From Orbicella franksi (Eukaryota): 64,000 nt of DNA. Shown piece by piece: positions 1 to 15,600 of the stretch. How positions within the stretch are numbered: position 1 is the stretch's first letter; each line of letters begins with the position of its first letter. Position numbers and translations under genes: made by a program. The DNA is taken from NCBI GenBank assembly GCA_964199315.1, contig OZ116700.1:10974001-11038000 (forward strand), given 5' to 3'. Below the pieces are notes generated by a model. The model did no database searches. It was not told the origin of the DNA and was given only the letters and a program-made list of their open reading frames with translations.

Positions 1-262
1 ATCTTCAACAGAGATGAAACACAATCCAGCATCATTTTGTACAGCAATTGTCAATTTTCCAAGATCACAAAAATCCAATCTTGTCTCCTGGGCCTTCTCC
101 TTGATGACACCTGCCATTTTGAAAAGTGGAGTAGGCCCTGGGGAGGAAGTTGCACACAGATCGTGGCACCTCAAAGTCACCTAGATAAATCCTTGTCCAG
201 AGCATAGTTAATAGAGGAGAATAATAATTGTGAAACCCGGCAAATTTCTTTGTTGTATGATT

Positions 263-391
263 TTGTTCGCTTTTTTGGTCTTGACCACACACAAAACACA
301 ATAGTAGTTTACTCCGTACTGAGGAGCTAACCAATAGAAATGTTTTGGTTATGTAATTCATGCATAGTGTATGAGCACAGAACAAAAGATT
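263..391 (-). repeat. Dispersed intronic repeat, copy 1 (inverted relative to 12150-12278)
   Basis: cttgaccacacacaaaacacaatagtagtttactccgtactgaggagctaaccaatagaaat aligns with the reverse complement of 12150-12278; the spurious ORFs at both sites share FLLVSSSVRSK. Confidence 0.75.
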
Positions 392-641
392 GCGCACAGT
401 CGTAGACCTTCCAAAATAAATCTTGGAATCTTTGATGTTTGCCGCGCTTCATAACCATTCTCCTCTCTTAACTATGTCCGGTAGTGAATTATTCAGTTCA
501 TTTGAAGCATTATGATCTGAGTTATCTTGGATCATTGTTCTTGATTTGGTTCATCCCAAAGAAAAAATACACTGACACCTCTTTGTTCTGTAAAATAATG
601 TGTAAACTCACTGTCTTGTCAACCTTACAATTTCTGTCCAG

Positions 642-3600
642 TCATATTCAATGCGGAATGGCATCCTTGGTCTGATGGGTGAGATTGTTGTCAAAGTTCT
701 TTGTAAAGAAGATTTGGACGAAGCTGCTAAGAAACTTCGAGACCAACTTCTGGACAAAATGGAGGTGAGCGTCCTGTACATTGCACTGTGTTGCGATAAA
801 GAAACAACTGACTTTTCTCTCAACCACTCAATTCCTAACCAGTTTGTAAACTATTATCATTACTGATTTTAACTGTCATCAGCCTCTCTACTGATGTCTA
901 AATTATATTTGCTACCAGCATAATGTTATATAGACCCACAATATGCAGAGAGCTATTTAGGTACGACTCATTAATGCCAGCCAATTATCGTAAAATAATG
1001 GCTGAAAATTATTGTGCTACCTTAGGACAACACTGCTTTTTATCTTTAGTTAATAAAAATTGTACTCCTTTTTTTCCATCAGGAACATATTCATGATGTG
1101 AATGCTTATGTGAGAAGCAAAGCCCTTCAAATTTGGCTTGAACTTTGCAAACAAAAGGTAAAAACCGATATGCAACCGATATACCAGGGCTTGTCGACCG
1201 ATATGAGCTGCCAACCGTTGATTGTAAAATAACGGTCAAGGATTTGGCCAAGTGTCAACCAGCATACCAACCAAGTGCCGACCGACGGAGGCCACGGACG
1301 GTCTACCCAGCTGAAGCACTTGACGATCGAGACTTGACATGTCGGCAGAGTGTTAATTGACATGTCGATCAAGTATCGGCCGATATGTCAACTGACACTG
1401 GCGGAGAGTGTGTACTGTCGACCGATACTCGGGCGCCTAAAGCACACATAAATGTAAATAAAGTAAACTACCTACGAATATTTACACTGCTTTCTAATAA
1501 TGATTATATTCTTCAGGCCGTTCCTCTCTCTCGTCAGTCACATCTCCTAGAGCTGGCAATAAGTCGTCTTCAAGATAAATCCAGTATTGTACGCAAAAAT
1601 GCCATCCAGCTGTTGAAGACGTGTCTGATTTGTAATCCATTTGGAGCACAGGTCAGTTCATGCCAAAATGCTGGTTCCTTCCAAGAGATAATAATATTAT
1701 TATTGACAGGAAACCTTTCCCTTGTCAACAGAGGCTAAAGTCTGCATACAAGCTAAGTGGCCCATCAGGCCGGAGCTTATCCCGGTTTCAATAGCATGAA
1801 GCGACCTGGAGTATTTCTACTCCCCCTTGGATGGGATGCTAGTCCACCGCAGGGTTACCCCCCAGCATTAAATTCGCCGGTACCATTTATACACCTGGGT
1901 GAAGAGAGGCACTGTGAGAGTAAAGTGTCTTGCCCAAGAACATAGCACAATGTCTCCGGCCAGGGCTCGAACCCGGACCGCTCGATCCGGAGACGAGGGA
2001 ACTAACCATGAGGCCACCGTGCTTCCCACACAACAAAAGTTGGGGTTAAAAATGCAAAAAAGTAAGAGCAGAAAAAATCTCATCATATTGCAATTTTTCT
2101 TTCTACAGCTACCACTGGATCATTTGCTGCAAAATCTCGCCAAGGAGACTGAAAAACTAAAAGAGATGGCTCCACATCTGAGTGAGAATCAAGATGGACA
2201 AGGTACATTGCGCACTCTTAGCAAGTGTTTGAAAGTACTGCTCGATAGCTTTTATTTGAATGGTCACAGACTGGAATTTAAAGGAGCTACGTCATCGTTC
2301 GCGCGTCTTGAAAAGTTTACCGTAAAGTTTCAAGTTCGTCGTTTGTAATCTGTGTTAATCTTCTCCATCCTTAACCATCCTTGTTTCCTTTATGATTTAT
2401 TATTATCTCTTTGGTGTTTTCTATATTTGTTAACTACTATTTTCAGGTTTCCTTCAATTTAAAGGTTATTTTGTATCCGGTCAAAATAGCTCAAAATACC
2501 ATGACTGAGCTCCCTTAATTTATAGGCGTAACAGTCAGAGCCGTATTGCTCAGGATAGTAGACAATACCACATCAAAGTGGTTGTCGATAGCTGTCATTT
2601 GAATGGTCTCAACCTAGAGTTTTATTCACAGTTAGAACCATACGGTACTGTACCACATGGATACATTTTATTAGGCATTTTAGTGTCTAGTATCGCAGTA
2701 CATCAGATTGCGAGTCCATTCTCACCTACAAAGGCCGAAACTCTTTTGGTCAGTTCAAAGACTCGCGACTTCTGGGCGTGTCTAACATTGAAAGTCCGCG
2801 ATGTCAAATCTGATTGGTTGAGAATACAAGACGAATACTCTGTACATGCTCATGCTCGCGATTCTTGGTGCCGACCAAAAGCAGCGCGGTCTCTGGGGAC
2901 GAGAATGTTGCGCATCTTGTCTTATTTTGTAGAGCTGTTAGGGCGAGTCAAAATACAAATGACCAGCGAAAACTGAACAGCGATACTACACGCTTAAGTG
3001 TCACAAGAGATTTGTTACTCCGTACTCGACGTTTTTCCCGTTCTTTGCGTTGCACATGATTAGATCAACTAAGGAGACAATAACTAACTCTTGAATACAA
3101 CTACCCTGAGATATTTGGTTTCGTTTTGCGGTAACTTTTTCTCTACAGTAAAGTGAGGTAAAGTCTGCATACGAGCCCAGTGACCCATCAGGCACGCGCT
3201 TATCTCCGGTTTCTGTAGCATGAAGCGACTAGGAGAATTTCTATTCCCACCTCGATGAGATGCTAGTCCATGGCAGGGTTACCCCCAGCATTAAATTCAC
3301 CAGTACTTATTTGTACACCTGGGTAGAGAGAGGCACTGTGAGAATGAAGTATCTTGCCCAAGGACAAAACACAGTGACCCCGGCCAGGGCTCCAACCCAG
3401 ACCGCTTTGAATTATTGTAAATTGTTTTTGTAGTTCCTGTTGTGCCTGCAAGCGAGAACGCCAAGGACCTGTGGGAGGCCATTAAACCTGAGGTACAAGC
3501 CACTATTGAAGAACATCTAGATCAGGACGAGATCATTGATGAAGATGATGGTCCGGTGGAGTTTCAAGGAGATCTGGATACTGCTCTTGAATGGTAAGAA

Positions 3601-6600
3601 ATTATTTTTACACTGGCGTCACTCTTTTAATGTTGTCAGTTGGGGTCCACACCCAGATGCAATGAATTGGTAAGGCCTCGGGAGAAAAGGGGTTAAAAGA
3701 ACAACTTACACAGGCAAACACTTTTAACTGTAAGCCACTACAGTCGATCCACTGTACAGTGGCCACTTTGGGGAGAGAGAAAAGTCGCCGCCATTGTAGA
3801 GAGGTGGCCGTTATGGGGAGATAGGGGTGTAATATAACACCGTTTTGTGTCGTGGAGTTAAACATTTTTGTCTTTAAAATTACTGGTGTAGAATGCAACA
3901 TACGTAACACAATCAAAACATATCAAGAAACAAAAACCAAACAGAAACAGAAACAAACGACGGGCGATATGGATCAAGTTTTGTGACCGTTTCCAATTTG
4001 AAAAAAAAAAGTGTCTTTGCACGCACCGTTCGTCAGTCGTTGATGAACTGGCCGTTTTGGCATTTGGAACACGCTTTAGTGGCCGTGGCGTGAAATGGAG
4101 GAGTTATTCTTGTAGCGCTTACAATGTAGACGTATAAAACAATTCATTAGAGACTAGACTAATCAAAGCGGGTTTGTCGTCCCGTCAAATGAAGTTCCCC
4201 TCTTGATTTCCTGAGGTTTTCATTTGCGCCAGAATCATTTTTAACGTTCTAAATTCGTTTTCTGTTTCTTTGCAGTGCTCTGAAGCAGATCAGAGATCAT
4301 CTAAACCAAGGTCATCACAAAAAAGCTCTTGCAGTGCTGAAGGCCGCCATGGTGACATGGCCAGAGTACAGTATGTTTGTTACTCAAGAAAAGGACGAAG
4401 AACAGACTGAGGGTGAAGAGAGGTACGTAAACCATAATGCCACAAAACAGACACTGCCGATTAGCCAGTAAACACACCGTCACATCAGGAAATAGGTCAC
4501 TTGCGAGTTGAGGCAACTCAATAATGGCCTGTTGTTCCGTTTCACATACTGTACACCTTTCTACGTTGGAAAAATAAAACACGGTGCATGGAAGAGGGTA
4601 ACTTTTTTCAGGTATTTTTTACTCAAAAATTGGTCATACTGGCATTGGGTATACAAACTTTAACTCCAAAAAGATGCAAAGCGTAAGTGATGAAAATATC
4701 GATACGTGTTCATGACGGATATACAGTACCCCGGAGAAACCGACAATGAGAATGCAATAACACTTGATAACTTGCTGCTGTGGACCTGATAGGTGATTTT
4801 TAATTTACCTGTGAAGTATTTCCAGCGTGTACATTGTAGAGAGCGTGCTTATGTTAAAATGTTCAACTAAATACCTTGTTCTCTGTGTTCAATAATAGGT
4901 TTTTAGGACATTTGTAAAAATGAACTACGATTTATATTTCAGCGAGGAGAGCGATAGCCAGGAAGGGTCTGTGGAAGAACAGCTGTCAATCATGAAAGCA
5001 ATATTTCTTGGTGGTAAGAGTACAGAGGCATTGAATACATCCTTTAAACTCAAACGTCTGTTGGGGCTTGTTTTCTTTCATTTGTTGCTTCTCTTAATAG
5101 GCACGCGAATATAAGAGTTAGTCACTTCCAAACTCAGTTTAGCTCGAGAAAACATTACATAGCTATTTGCAGAGTTTGTAATGTTCCTGGAATTCTGGAA
5201 AATGCCTGGAGTTTGTCGTCAAGGGCTTTGACATGGGATAAATAACGTTATATTTAGCATTATTTCTTGTGTTTTTTTCTTTTTTCATAAGCTGCTGACA
5301 GTGAAGAAGTAGCCCTTCAAGTTGAAGGTACAGACATTGATCCTACAGAACTGCTTGAAGTTTCTGCTGAACATGAAAACCAAGGCTCTTCAGAAGACCA
5401 GCCTGGCAATGGACTTGTTAATGACATCACTAAACAACAAATGATTGTTCAGTTTTTGAAGGTAGGAGAGTTTTTCAAGTTGTCGAACGACTAAAACCGA
5501 GAGATGAGACCAGAAAATGTATCGTTAAACTTATTTACTGTCTTCTTTTTGAGTGCGAACATCTCTCAATGTTGAACATGTCTCTGTATCTAAAACCTTG
5601 GTCACAAGGGTTGGAAGACGTCATTCTTTACTTATTTCACCTCCCCACCCCTGAGCAATGGCGACCAAACACGTTCATCTATCACAAGTTTGCATTTAAC
5701 CATTTTCCAACATTGAAAGGGGGAATGGGGGTGCTGACACTTATTCTGTAGGTAATACGCTCGTGATTTCATGTTTTTTGCGCATTTTCCAACACAATTT
5801 GTCCATGGTTGTAGTTTAAACAGAGAATAGTGCTCAGTGTATTCAAAGAAACTCGCCTTTTGTATTTTTCTCCGTCCATTTTTGTGCACGTCTGAGACCA
5901 GGCCATTTTCATGTTTGCACTTGTGACAAGCCAAAAGGGCGTTTGCACAGGTTAAGTAGGCTAATTCGCGTTGCATAGCACAAGGAGGCTAACTCGTTAA
6001 AGACAAGAGAAGTAGTAATAGTGAAAAGTTCTCTGTCATGTATCAAGACATTGAAAAGTAATTTTTTGTTGGTTGGTAGGATTATGTTCATTTCCAAACT
6101 CAAATGGAGAGAGCCATTCCAACAGTGTGCCAGCTTCTCGGCTCAAAGACCATCTCAGATGTGAATGAGTCTATCGACTTCTTCGTGGTAGCTTCTGAGT
6201 TTGGCCTGCAGTCAGCCATCATTGGTGTGCGGAGGATGCTGGTATTGATCTGGTCACGTGACACTGCTGTCCGTGATGCAGTGGTGGAGGCGTACAAAGG
6301 GTTGTATTTGGACCCAGTAGCGCCAAATGCTCGGTATGCGCCGTAATTGTCTTGGTCAAAAGATTGCTTTCTTATAAACAAAACCACTAAATCATAAGTT
6401 TCTCGCTTGTTACCCGTTGCACATTTTACATCGAGCTCTGAGTTTATGATTTTCAACTTTTACCACAGTGACTGGATAAAAAAACCTCAACAACTTCTAT
6501 TACAGTGACTGATTTGATAGTGTAATCGGAATAGGGGGTCTTCCATCTCCCAGAGTAAACAATCGCATTTTTGTCGCCACTCCGAGACTGAGAAACACGG

Positions 6601-9600
6601 CTCTTTTGGAGGGTTCTTTTATTTTAACATGCCTCTCGTTAAATAGTAGTAAGAAGTTTTTTTCTGTCGTTCTACAGAGCTAAAACAGCAGTGATTGTGA
6701 AAAACCTGATCGCTCTGACTCAAGGAGCATCTATTGGAGACCTCACATCTTTAGAAGAGTTGGTAAGTGTAGTGATGTCTTTGAAGGACAGGTATGAAAA
6801 ATGTCTTGATTCGATCGTTGATTCGATCGCTTCCTTGGCTTATATGAATAACCACATTGTTGTTCTTGCCTTTCTTAGATGAGTGAGTTGATGAAAGGAA
6901 AACTAATCCCTACTGCCGTCATTAAGATGCTGTGGGAGAAATTTACAATGAAGGTAAAGATCCAGAGTCCAGGCGCCATCACTGGCTGGAGTCGCTGTGT
7001 TGTGTTTCTTTGTTCACAACTCAGTTTTTGCACATTGTTTGCCATGGTATGCTATATGGCTACAAGGGAAGAGGGACACGGAAGTATGTCTTGAAACAGT
7101 TTAGTTTTGTATATCGTCACTGTAGTCATTGAAAAGTGTTTGAGAGTTATTTCGTTTCCATTGCAATTTATTTGAACGATAAAATTTTAGTCGTACTCGA
7201 TCTTATTAAAACGTATATTTGATAGAAAAAAATTAGGCTAAGTATAGTGCTGGCTGCCTAGAATAATCATAGGCGTTAGTGATAATCTCATTATGTTACT
7301 TTGTAGGTTCCGCAGACCACCCCAGAGGAGAGCAGACTGGCATTAGTTCTCTTGGGGATGTTAGCAGGGTACGTATTTGAGAATCGTGGACAAGCGTTTG
7401 TTTAGAAATGCTTCAAGAGTTTCCAATTCCTACTCATTCTTAACACTAACACTAATTAGCACTTGGGGGAACAAAACATGTGATTTATCGCCAAACATCG
7501 TACTAAAGTCACCCAAAGCAAATCTTTCTGCTCGCTGTATTCGCTGCTCACCTATGTAATATTCTTTGTCTTAGGGCCGAGATGGACATTGTGCGTAGTA
7601 ACATAGACGTGTTGGTTTCCACGGGCCTGGGACCGAGAGCGGAAGAGGATTTCCTTTTAGCACGTGACACGTGCGTGGCGTTGTTAAAACTTGGCAAAAC
7701 CCATAAGGTAAAACAACAATCAACGGATTTTAGTTCACCATTTGGTGGATTGAGCGATCTTGGTCGTCACAAAACATTTCATTTGTCGTAATAAAGTTAT
7801 CTACAAAGTCGTAAAGCGTTTAAACGCAATTCATGGCTTGATCTTTTTTTCTCTCTCTTATTTAGAAACCCGGGTGCAGTGCTGAAGAACCATTTAGACT
7901 TGCTTCCAGTCACGCGATATTTGAACGGCTCACGGCAATAGTCGTTTCAGGTCGGTACCTTGTTGACTGCAAAGAGTGGTTTTCTGTGTTGTTCAGAATC
8001 GAAATTTATTTTACGACTGAGAAAATTACTTCATTGTGATTGGCTGAGAGCAGGCCAAGGTTTCAGTAATTGTTAATTTGCACTGCAGTACAAATTAACG
8101 CGCGCGCGTTCGTAATTTTCTCAGTCATGTGGTCATTTTCTCATTGAATAGCACTCGCCTAAAGGCTCGTGTAATTTTGAGACAATTTTCAAATAAAACT
8201 CGTAGAGGAATTCCTTAAATGTACTCGCAAGCTTACATTGCTAAAATCGTTTCTTCGGAGCTCTGATAGGCTAGTTTTTGATTATAGCAGCTGTCTTGGT
8301 CATTTATATATTGGTGTCACTCAGTACATTTTACTCATAAACATTACCTTTGCTAATCTGTAGAAGCATGGAAAAAGTATTTTATCTTGAGGAAAACAAG
8401 AACAGCAAAAAAACCGAACAAGAAACTTCTCGGCTTCCTTCGTATACTAGAAACAAATTACGTAGAATACTAGAATTTAATGCGGACGAGAAACAATACA
8501 TGGCTTTCACCGTGTTGTCCTCTAATAGAGAAAGTACAACTGATTTTTTTACAATTCTCTGTAAGTTGTGTGTTTATACAAGTATGGGAACATTTGCAGG
8601 TGTCCGTAAGCTTGAGAAACCCGAGTGGACCCCTATGATGGAGCAAGCATTGAATGTAATCTACTTCCTTGCTGAACATCCTGAGAAGATAGCAGAGAAC
8701 CTCATCAAGAAAATAGCAGCGTATTTGCTGGATAAAATAACACAAGACAAGGCTACTTCAGAGGAAGAACAGGGATCTCAAGACAAGAAAAACGGTAAAC
8801 AAAATCCACGTATGAGTGGATTCGTGGATTGCCAAACATTCGTGTAGAATGTTTGGCAATTCCTATCTCGAATAAAGCGTATTGAAACCTTGGAGTATTT
8901 CTACTCCCCCTGGATGGGATGCTAGTCCATCACAGGTCACTCCCCCGCAATTTGTTAAGTTTCCCCAACAATTCGCCGGTACCCATTTATACTCCTGGGT
9001 GGGGAGAGGCACTGTGAGAGTTAAGTGTCTTGCCCAAGAACACAACACCGTGTCCCCGGCTAGGGCTCGAACCCGGACCGCTCGCTCCGGGGACGAGCCA
9101 CCGCGCCCCCCACAATCACTATCTTGAATCGGCTCAAGTTTTTCCAAGTTGGTTTTCTCAGGATAGTGTAACTTGACATATCTTGTCAGTGTTGTGGTTG
9201 TTGCGTTAAGTAAATCCATAACTTCGTTTTTTGTATTTTTTTTTTTTTATTATTATTATTTTTGCCTCATTTCCCTTCGTATTAGCGAAATCTATAACTT
9301 CTAATTTATCTCAGAATGGTAGCTGGATTTCGCATACTTGAACACAAAATCGTATGGCAAATTCGTCAACTAGAATTTTTAAAGTTGTGTTTATTTAGTT
9401 TCCCATCGTGGGTTGTTTGCGTGTGCTATCCATAATGTTTATCAGACTACTGTTATTTAGAAACGTTACTTGACTTCCTGTTTGTTTAAATATTGCGTCA
9501 CTTTTAGTTAATCTTATAATCACTTGCAATGATTCGCTTTCAACTTAACACTCGATATATTTAACACATGGTTTGGCACCGACCATTTACGAAACCCGAC

Positions 9601-12600
9601 AAGATAAATTCCTATTTGCGACCAACATCTTGGCTAAGGTATAGGCGAAAATGAAATAACCGCATTTGGTTTCTCTGTAGTTGATTTTGCTCTGCTTCCC
9701 TCTCAGATTCACAGGAAGCCATCACACAGAAAGACACTCGCGCTATTAGCTCTCCAACCGCGTGTCATGCTGGTATTTTGGCGCGATTTCTCAGCTTGTC
9801 AGGTCACGTGGCGTTACGTCATATGGTTCACTTGGACGTTGGGGTACTGGGAGAAATCAAACGGAGACAAGTGATCGAGGAGAACGATAAGGAGAAAGAA
9901 AAACAAGCCAAGAAGACGAGGGGAGCTGGGAGCGAGTCCACTGTCAATTCTGCCAAGGTAGCGAAAACACACTGGATCGAAAATAGAAACGATTGCTGTC
10001 AACAGCTTTGGAGAGAAATCAACCTTAGATGAACTTCTGCATTGCTTCCGTCAAATTAGGTCACAGCCGGGAACAATGCTGAAATTATAGAAAGTCATAT
10101 GTTTAACGCTAGGATTAAATTTGTAACGAAGGGATGTGTACGGTGTGTAGATGTGCATCAAGAAGGCTGATAGAAACGCCACCTAAAATTCTCTTAATGT
10201 GAGTTTTATGTGCAGAACGTTTAGATGTAGGGCCTAGTTGTATGCCCACACATGGACAATTTTGAAATTCTTTTAGGATCCAGGCGCGTCGGAGACCATC
10301 GAGGAGGAACTGGGACTGACAGGAGCCACGGTTGATGACGTAGAGACGGAGTATGTGAGAAAGATCTGTGAACACGAGATTGTTACTGGTATGATGTGAC
10401 AGTTTGCTGTTACTTCTCACAAAAAAACTAGAAAATCGGAAATAAGTTAAGTGCAATACCGTCAACTCAATCAAAATATAGAATATAGAAAGCTGTAGAG
10501 AAGCGCCGACGGTTGAAATTCTGAAAACACAGGCATATAGAGTTTTCTCAGTCGCAAGATTTTAGACAAGTTAAACGATAATTTTTCAGTAATTATAATA
10601 AGTGGAACGGATGATTGTTATTTGACATCTGCAGGTGGAACTCTGTTGGCTTCCTTGCGCCCGCTGTTAGTGTGTGTCTGCAGTAATCCTGTGAAGTACA
10701 GTGATCCAAACCTGCGCGCATCAGCTTCACTGGCTCTTGCTAAGTTCATGTTAGTCAGGTATGTCACTGGACTCGATCCAAATCACTTCTATTGTTTTCA
10801 CGCCATAATGTGCCCTGTTCGATGCAGCTACCATTTTTCTAACTGAAAACTCAGTCATGCACTATTTTCTCGTGGTATATTGCGAGTAGAATAATTGTTT
10901 TATTAAAAACGCCCCTCCCCCCAAATATAGAAAACTAAAATAAAATAAAATAAAAAATAAAACGGCCCTTAAATCACGCGCACGCTTACTATATTTGTAG
11001 AGCGTTGTATAATGGCTCGTATACCATGATGGCTAATCCAATGAAACCTCTTGAATTGCATTATCCAATGATCCAGCTTTTAATAAACTGCAAATATCCC
11101 ATTCATGACTTGGTCTTTCCTTGTGTCCACACCGCCTAAAGGCTAGAAACTATAACACGACGAATCAATAATGACTGAGGTTTTGTTAACGATGTGCCAC
11201 TCAAAAGCATTTCATTACAGCGTAACTAGAATTTGTTCAAACAAAGGCAAAGCGATTTAATTGTTCTGATGTTCGCACTTAACTGGTGAAGTGTAATTTT
11301 TAATAAAGGAGCAGTTGCGCCTCATACATAAACTATCTGTGTTGTCTCTTGTTTCAGTTCTGAGTTTTGTGAAGAGCATCTCCAACTTCTGTTCACGATT
11401 CTTGAAAAGGTAACTTGAGATTTGATTTATGACTATTTCCCCGTCCGCAGTTAAAGATCGTTATTGACACTTTCATGGAGTTATCCAAGAAGGGTGTGGT
11501 CGGACGAACGTCACAGTCGGGGATTACTTTTTATTGTCATTTGTTGTGTCCTGTTTTTCAAGAATTGATTAAGCCTCCAGTTTTCAGTAGGTATGCCGCT
11601 GAGCAACGTGACGTCATACTGACTTGAGCGTGACACTCGGTAGTCGGTTTGTTCATGCTATTTTTGTGACTGGAAATATAGGGGCACTATTCCTTAGAGA
11701 AAACTTTGCTTTTTTTTTTCATTGACTGCGAGAGAAGTGTCTTAAGATCACTTTCAGGCCATTTAAAATGTATTTCTCCATTTTGTGTTTCTCAGGCTCC
11801 TCAACCGACCATCAGAGCTAATACGATTGTAGCAGTTGGTGACCTGACCTTCAGATTTCCCAACTTGATCGAGCCATGGACGTCTCATCTCTATGCCAGG
11901 TCTGTTTGCTATTATAACAGGAGGGTGCAACCAAGACCCTTTCTTGGAAGGTCATGAATATAGAATCATTGGACCACGCATGACAATGTTTTGTTTTTTT
12001 TTATTTCTTCAAGGCTAGCCGGACAAGCTGTTACATGTGCCGTCCGGTTCCTGCCATAGTTAATAGACGGGAGTGGTTTTGAACCCCGGCAAATATCAAA
12101 GTAACAAACAAAGACGCCAAGATTTATGTTGCAAAGTCCACGACCATGGACAATCTTTTGTTTTGCGCTTATACACTATACATGAATACTTAACCAAATC
12201 GTTTCTATTGGTTAGTTCCTCAGTCAGAAGTAAACAACAGTTGTGTTTTGTGCATGGTCAAGGGCAAAAATGCGAAAAAAAAAAAAAAAAAAAACCCAAC
12301 AAGAAACATGTCGGATTTCAAAACCATTTCCTCTTCGACCTTCCAAGGGGCTCATCAGAAACCTGTCGGTGTAACTAACTTGTCGAACGTCACGTTTGAA
12401 GTCACGCTAGCATTTGAACGATGGTAGCAATCTGGCCTTTTATCTCATAAGGATTCAAATGTTCTTGATCCCGCAGATTGCGTGACGAGTCAAGTCACGT
12501 GCGTAAGAACACGCTGATGGTACTCACGCATCTGATTCTGAATGACATGGTCAAGGTCAAAGGCCAGATCAGTGAAATGGCCACGTGTTTAGAAGATAAA

Positions 12601-15600
12601 GACAGCAGGATATCCGATCTAGCCAAGCTGTTCTTTTTGGAATTGTCAAAGAAGGTAAAGCAGTTTGTCAATTTAGAGCACAAAGTTATCGTCGCCAATT
12701 CCCTTGCTGTACGACTCTTTATATAGAATTATGTTTGTATATCCAGTGAAAAGGCTGAAAAGCCGCCATTACTTATTACAGCAGCATGCCAGTGTTTGTA
12801 ATCAGCAATGCTTCCTCGCGGAAATACGTCGCATCACTCACAACTTAGAATTGCGGGTTTTCAAACTCCAAAAAGATGATAAATTTGCCTTTTTCAGATT
12901 TGTCATGGTAAATCTTAAGGAGCCCAGTATAGCTTCGTATTCCTGGATATACATGTACATAGACTTGTTGTAAAGGTCGTTTGTATCCTTAAAAAAACAA
13001 GGGGCAGGGAGATGTATGACTGCATAATAACTAGAAGTATGAAAAAGCTGACATAGTTTTTGTTTATTTATGTTTTTAGGGCAACGCAATCTACAACATT
13101 CTTCCAGATGTGATAAGTCGGTTGTCAGACCCTGATTGTGGCATTGAAGAAGAACCTTTCAGAAATATCATGAGGTATAAGCATGCTATAGCTGCTATTT
13201 AAACTGGTGTTTTTCGTGGCATTGTCGGTCACGACAATGAGAACGTGTCAGACATAGGATCAACTAATATTTGTAACCATAATCTTCATTTGGTTTTGAC
13301 ATCACAGGTATTTGCTGTCCTTTATTCAGAAAGATCGTCAGTCTGAGAGTCTTGTGGAAAAACTGTGCCACAGGTTCAGAGCAACCAAGTAAGATAACGA
13401 TCATTTGTTTTAGTGACTTACGGTGATTTTCCAAACATTTTCGTAAAGTAAAAACCAAAGTATTCGCATAGCTTGTCCCTACGTTCGAGAACTTGTAGCG
13501 TTCTTAGCCAGTCAGAGTTCGAAGAAAATATGCGACCTGCGACACGCGCGGAATCTTGTGTGCCCATATCACGTGTGTTTTTTTTTTTTTCTTAAACCAC
13601 ATTTTGACGCCATCCGTGATCTGTTACTCAACAGAAGCACGGCTACATGGCATCTATTTGCTAAATTACGTGCACCATCAAAAAAATACCCTATTGCGCT
13701 TCTCGCTTTCTGAATGAGCTTTTCAGCTCGTTACATGATCAGAGCACGTGTAGAACAGCAGGTATGATTTCGAACGATGATTCGTCGTGGCGCATCCTCA
13801 GGGTCATTGCTCAGCAATATTTGCGGAAATTACGTTGTGGAGAATAAGGAGTAATCAATCAAATAGTTTCATTTGGAATGTTAATGTTATGCTCTTTCCA
13901 ATCAAACAGTCAAACAGTCAATCAGTCTATTGTTTTCGCCCTTCTTTCTCGTTGATATTTTATTTCTTTTCCCATAGAACTGAGCGCCAGTGGCGTGATC
14001 TAGCCTTCTGTCTGTCCATGTTGACATACAATGAGCGTGGAATCCGCAAACTTCAGGAGAACTTCACTTGCTTCCACGACAAATTAGCCGAGGAAGACGT
14101 GTACCAGTCGTTCCTGACCATTGTCGGCAAGAGCAAGAAATTTGCCAAACCAGAAGTCAAGGTAACCTTGATTCTCTGTGTGAAACACTCCCCTTCTCGT
14201 ATGATCAACTAAGAGAAGATTACAGTGATCGTCTACTTGGGATCACGAGATTTCCCAACGCAAAATGTCGATCACAGAGGTTTACAGGAAACAATTTTGT
14301 CTTGATGTGCTATCACATTTTCAAAACTAACTTTAAAAAGTATGTGAAAAGCAGACAGGATGAGTTAATATTTCTCACTTCTCTTGTCAGGCTCTGGTGG
14401 ATGAACTGGAACAGCGCATTAACCATTGTCACACAAAAGGAATGGAGGACGAGGAGGACTACGAACGAGCTGCTAAAGCCTTAGGAGCGGCGCCTGGTAA
14501 CAAGACTAAAAAGAGCATCGCTACCCCTGGAGGTAAGTTTGCTGTGTACGTGCAGCATCTTGTCTTAGGCGTGTAAAAGGCGACCTCTGTCAAGCATCTC
14601 CTGAGCCCCCAAGAACGGGAAACGTTTAAGAAGTTTTGTGATGCTAAGAACACACGTGACCTTAGAAATGTTATTTTAAAAAATGAGTCCTAAATTATTC
14701 GGCTGCAGAAATGTGTTCCCTATCGACAGCACTGATTTTCTGTATTCAAATTTATCACCATGCACTTGTGTTTCTCGTATGGCGATTAGCAATTTTTTTG
14801 GATAAATCTTGAAGATAATAATAATAATAATTTATTGATTTATAGTGCGCTTTTTAACATACCAGGTGATCAAAAGCGCATTACAACAATAAATAACCTA
14901 AAACTATACAAGTATTAAAAGTCTACAATAAAATTTAAAAATAATAAAAAACACTACATCATTTATTTATATATACATATTTAAGAAATATTAAAAGCTA
15001 ATTTAAAAAGATAAGTTTTAAGATTTGACTTAAAAGTGGAAATACATATGCCACTGACGGGTAACCTGCTATAGCTTTCATTGGTTGGGATTAACAATCA
15101 ACTCCTAGCCGCTAAAGGACAGCTGGCTGGTGACAAAACACTGGCTGCATGTAGCTTTGGAGCCTCAACTCAAAAACAAAACACAATCTGCACTCTTTCT
15201 TGCCTTTACAATTAATTAGGAATAAAATTGATGTACTGGCTGCCTAAAATGACCATACGGGCTGGCAGAGACAACCTGCCAGTTGATATGAACTGTTGAA
15301 CACAGACTTTGTCTCGCCTGTATCGCCCAGTGCACCATGACTGATATGTACTGTGCTTGTTGTTATGTAATCTTGCCCGGCACAAACAAACTAAACCAGC
15401 ACCTTCCCGGCACACTTCTCGGAGTAGACATCGTTATGTGAGCAAGGTTTCTTTTCTTCAGGCAAAACAAACCGAGCCCAGAAAGGTCGAACGCCAGCGA
15501 CAAAGAAACGACAGAAGGAAACGATCGACGATAGTGACCTGGAAGAACCTAGCCCCAGGCCTCTCCGAACGCCTCGCAACGTGGCAAGACCGCCAAAGCC

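Noticed and set aside
1950-2030. tRNA gene
   Set aside because: The A/B boxes belong to a SINE head attached to a SINE body; no complete cloverleaf.
5011-5016. Tandem donor GTG/GTA allowing a one-codon alternative splice
   Set aside because: Common and of little consequence; cannot be resolved without RNA data.
8350-8599. N-terminal part of the 165-aa ORF 8350-8847 as a separate gene or longer exon
   Set aside because: It is intron sequence open by chance. The acceptor at 8598-8599 gives the phase-consistent NCAPD2 exon.
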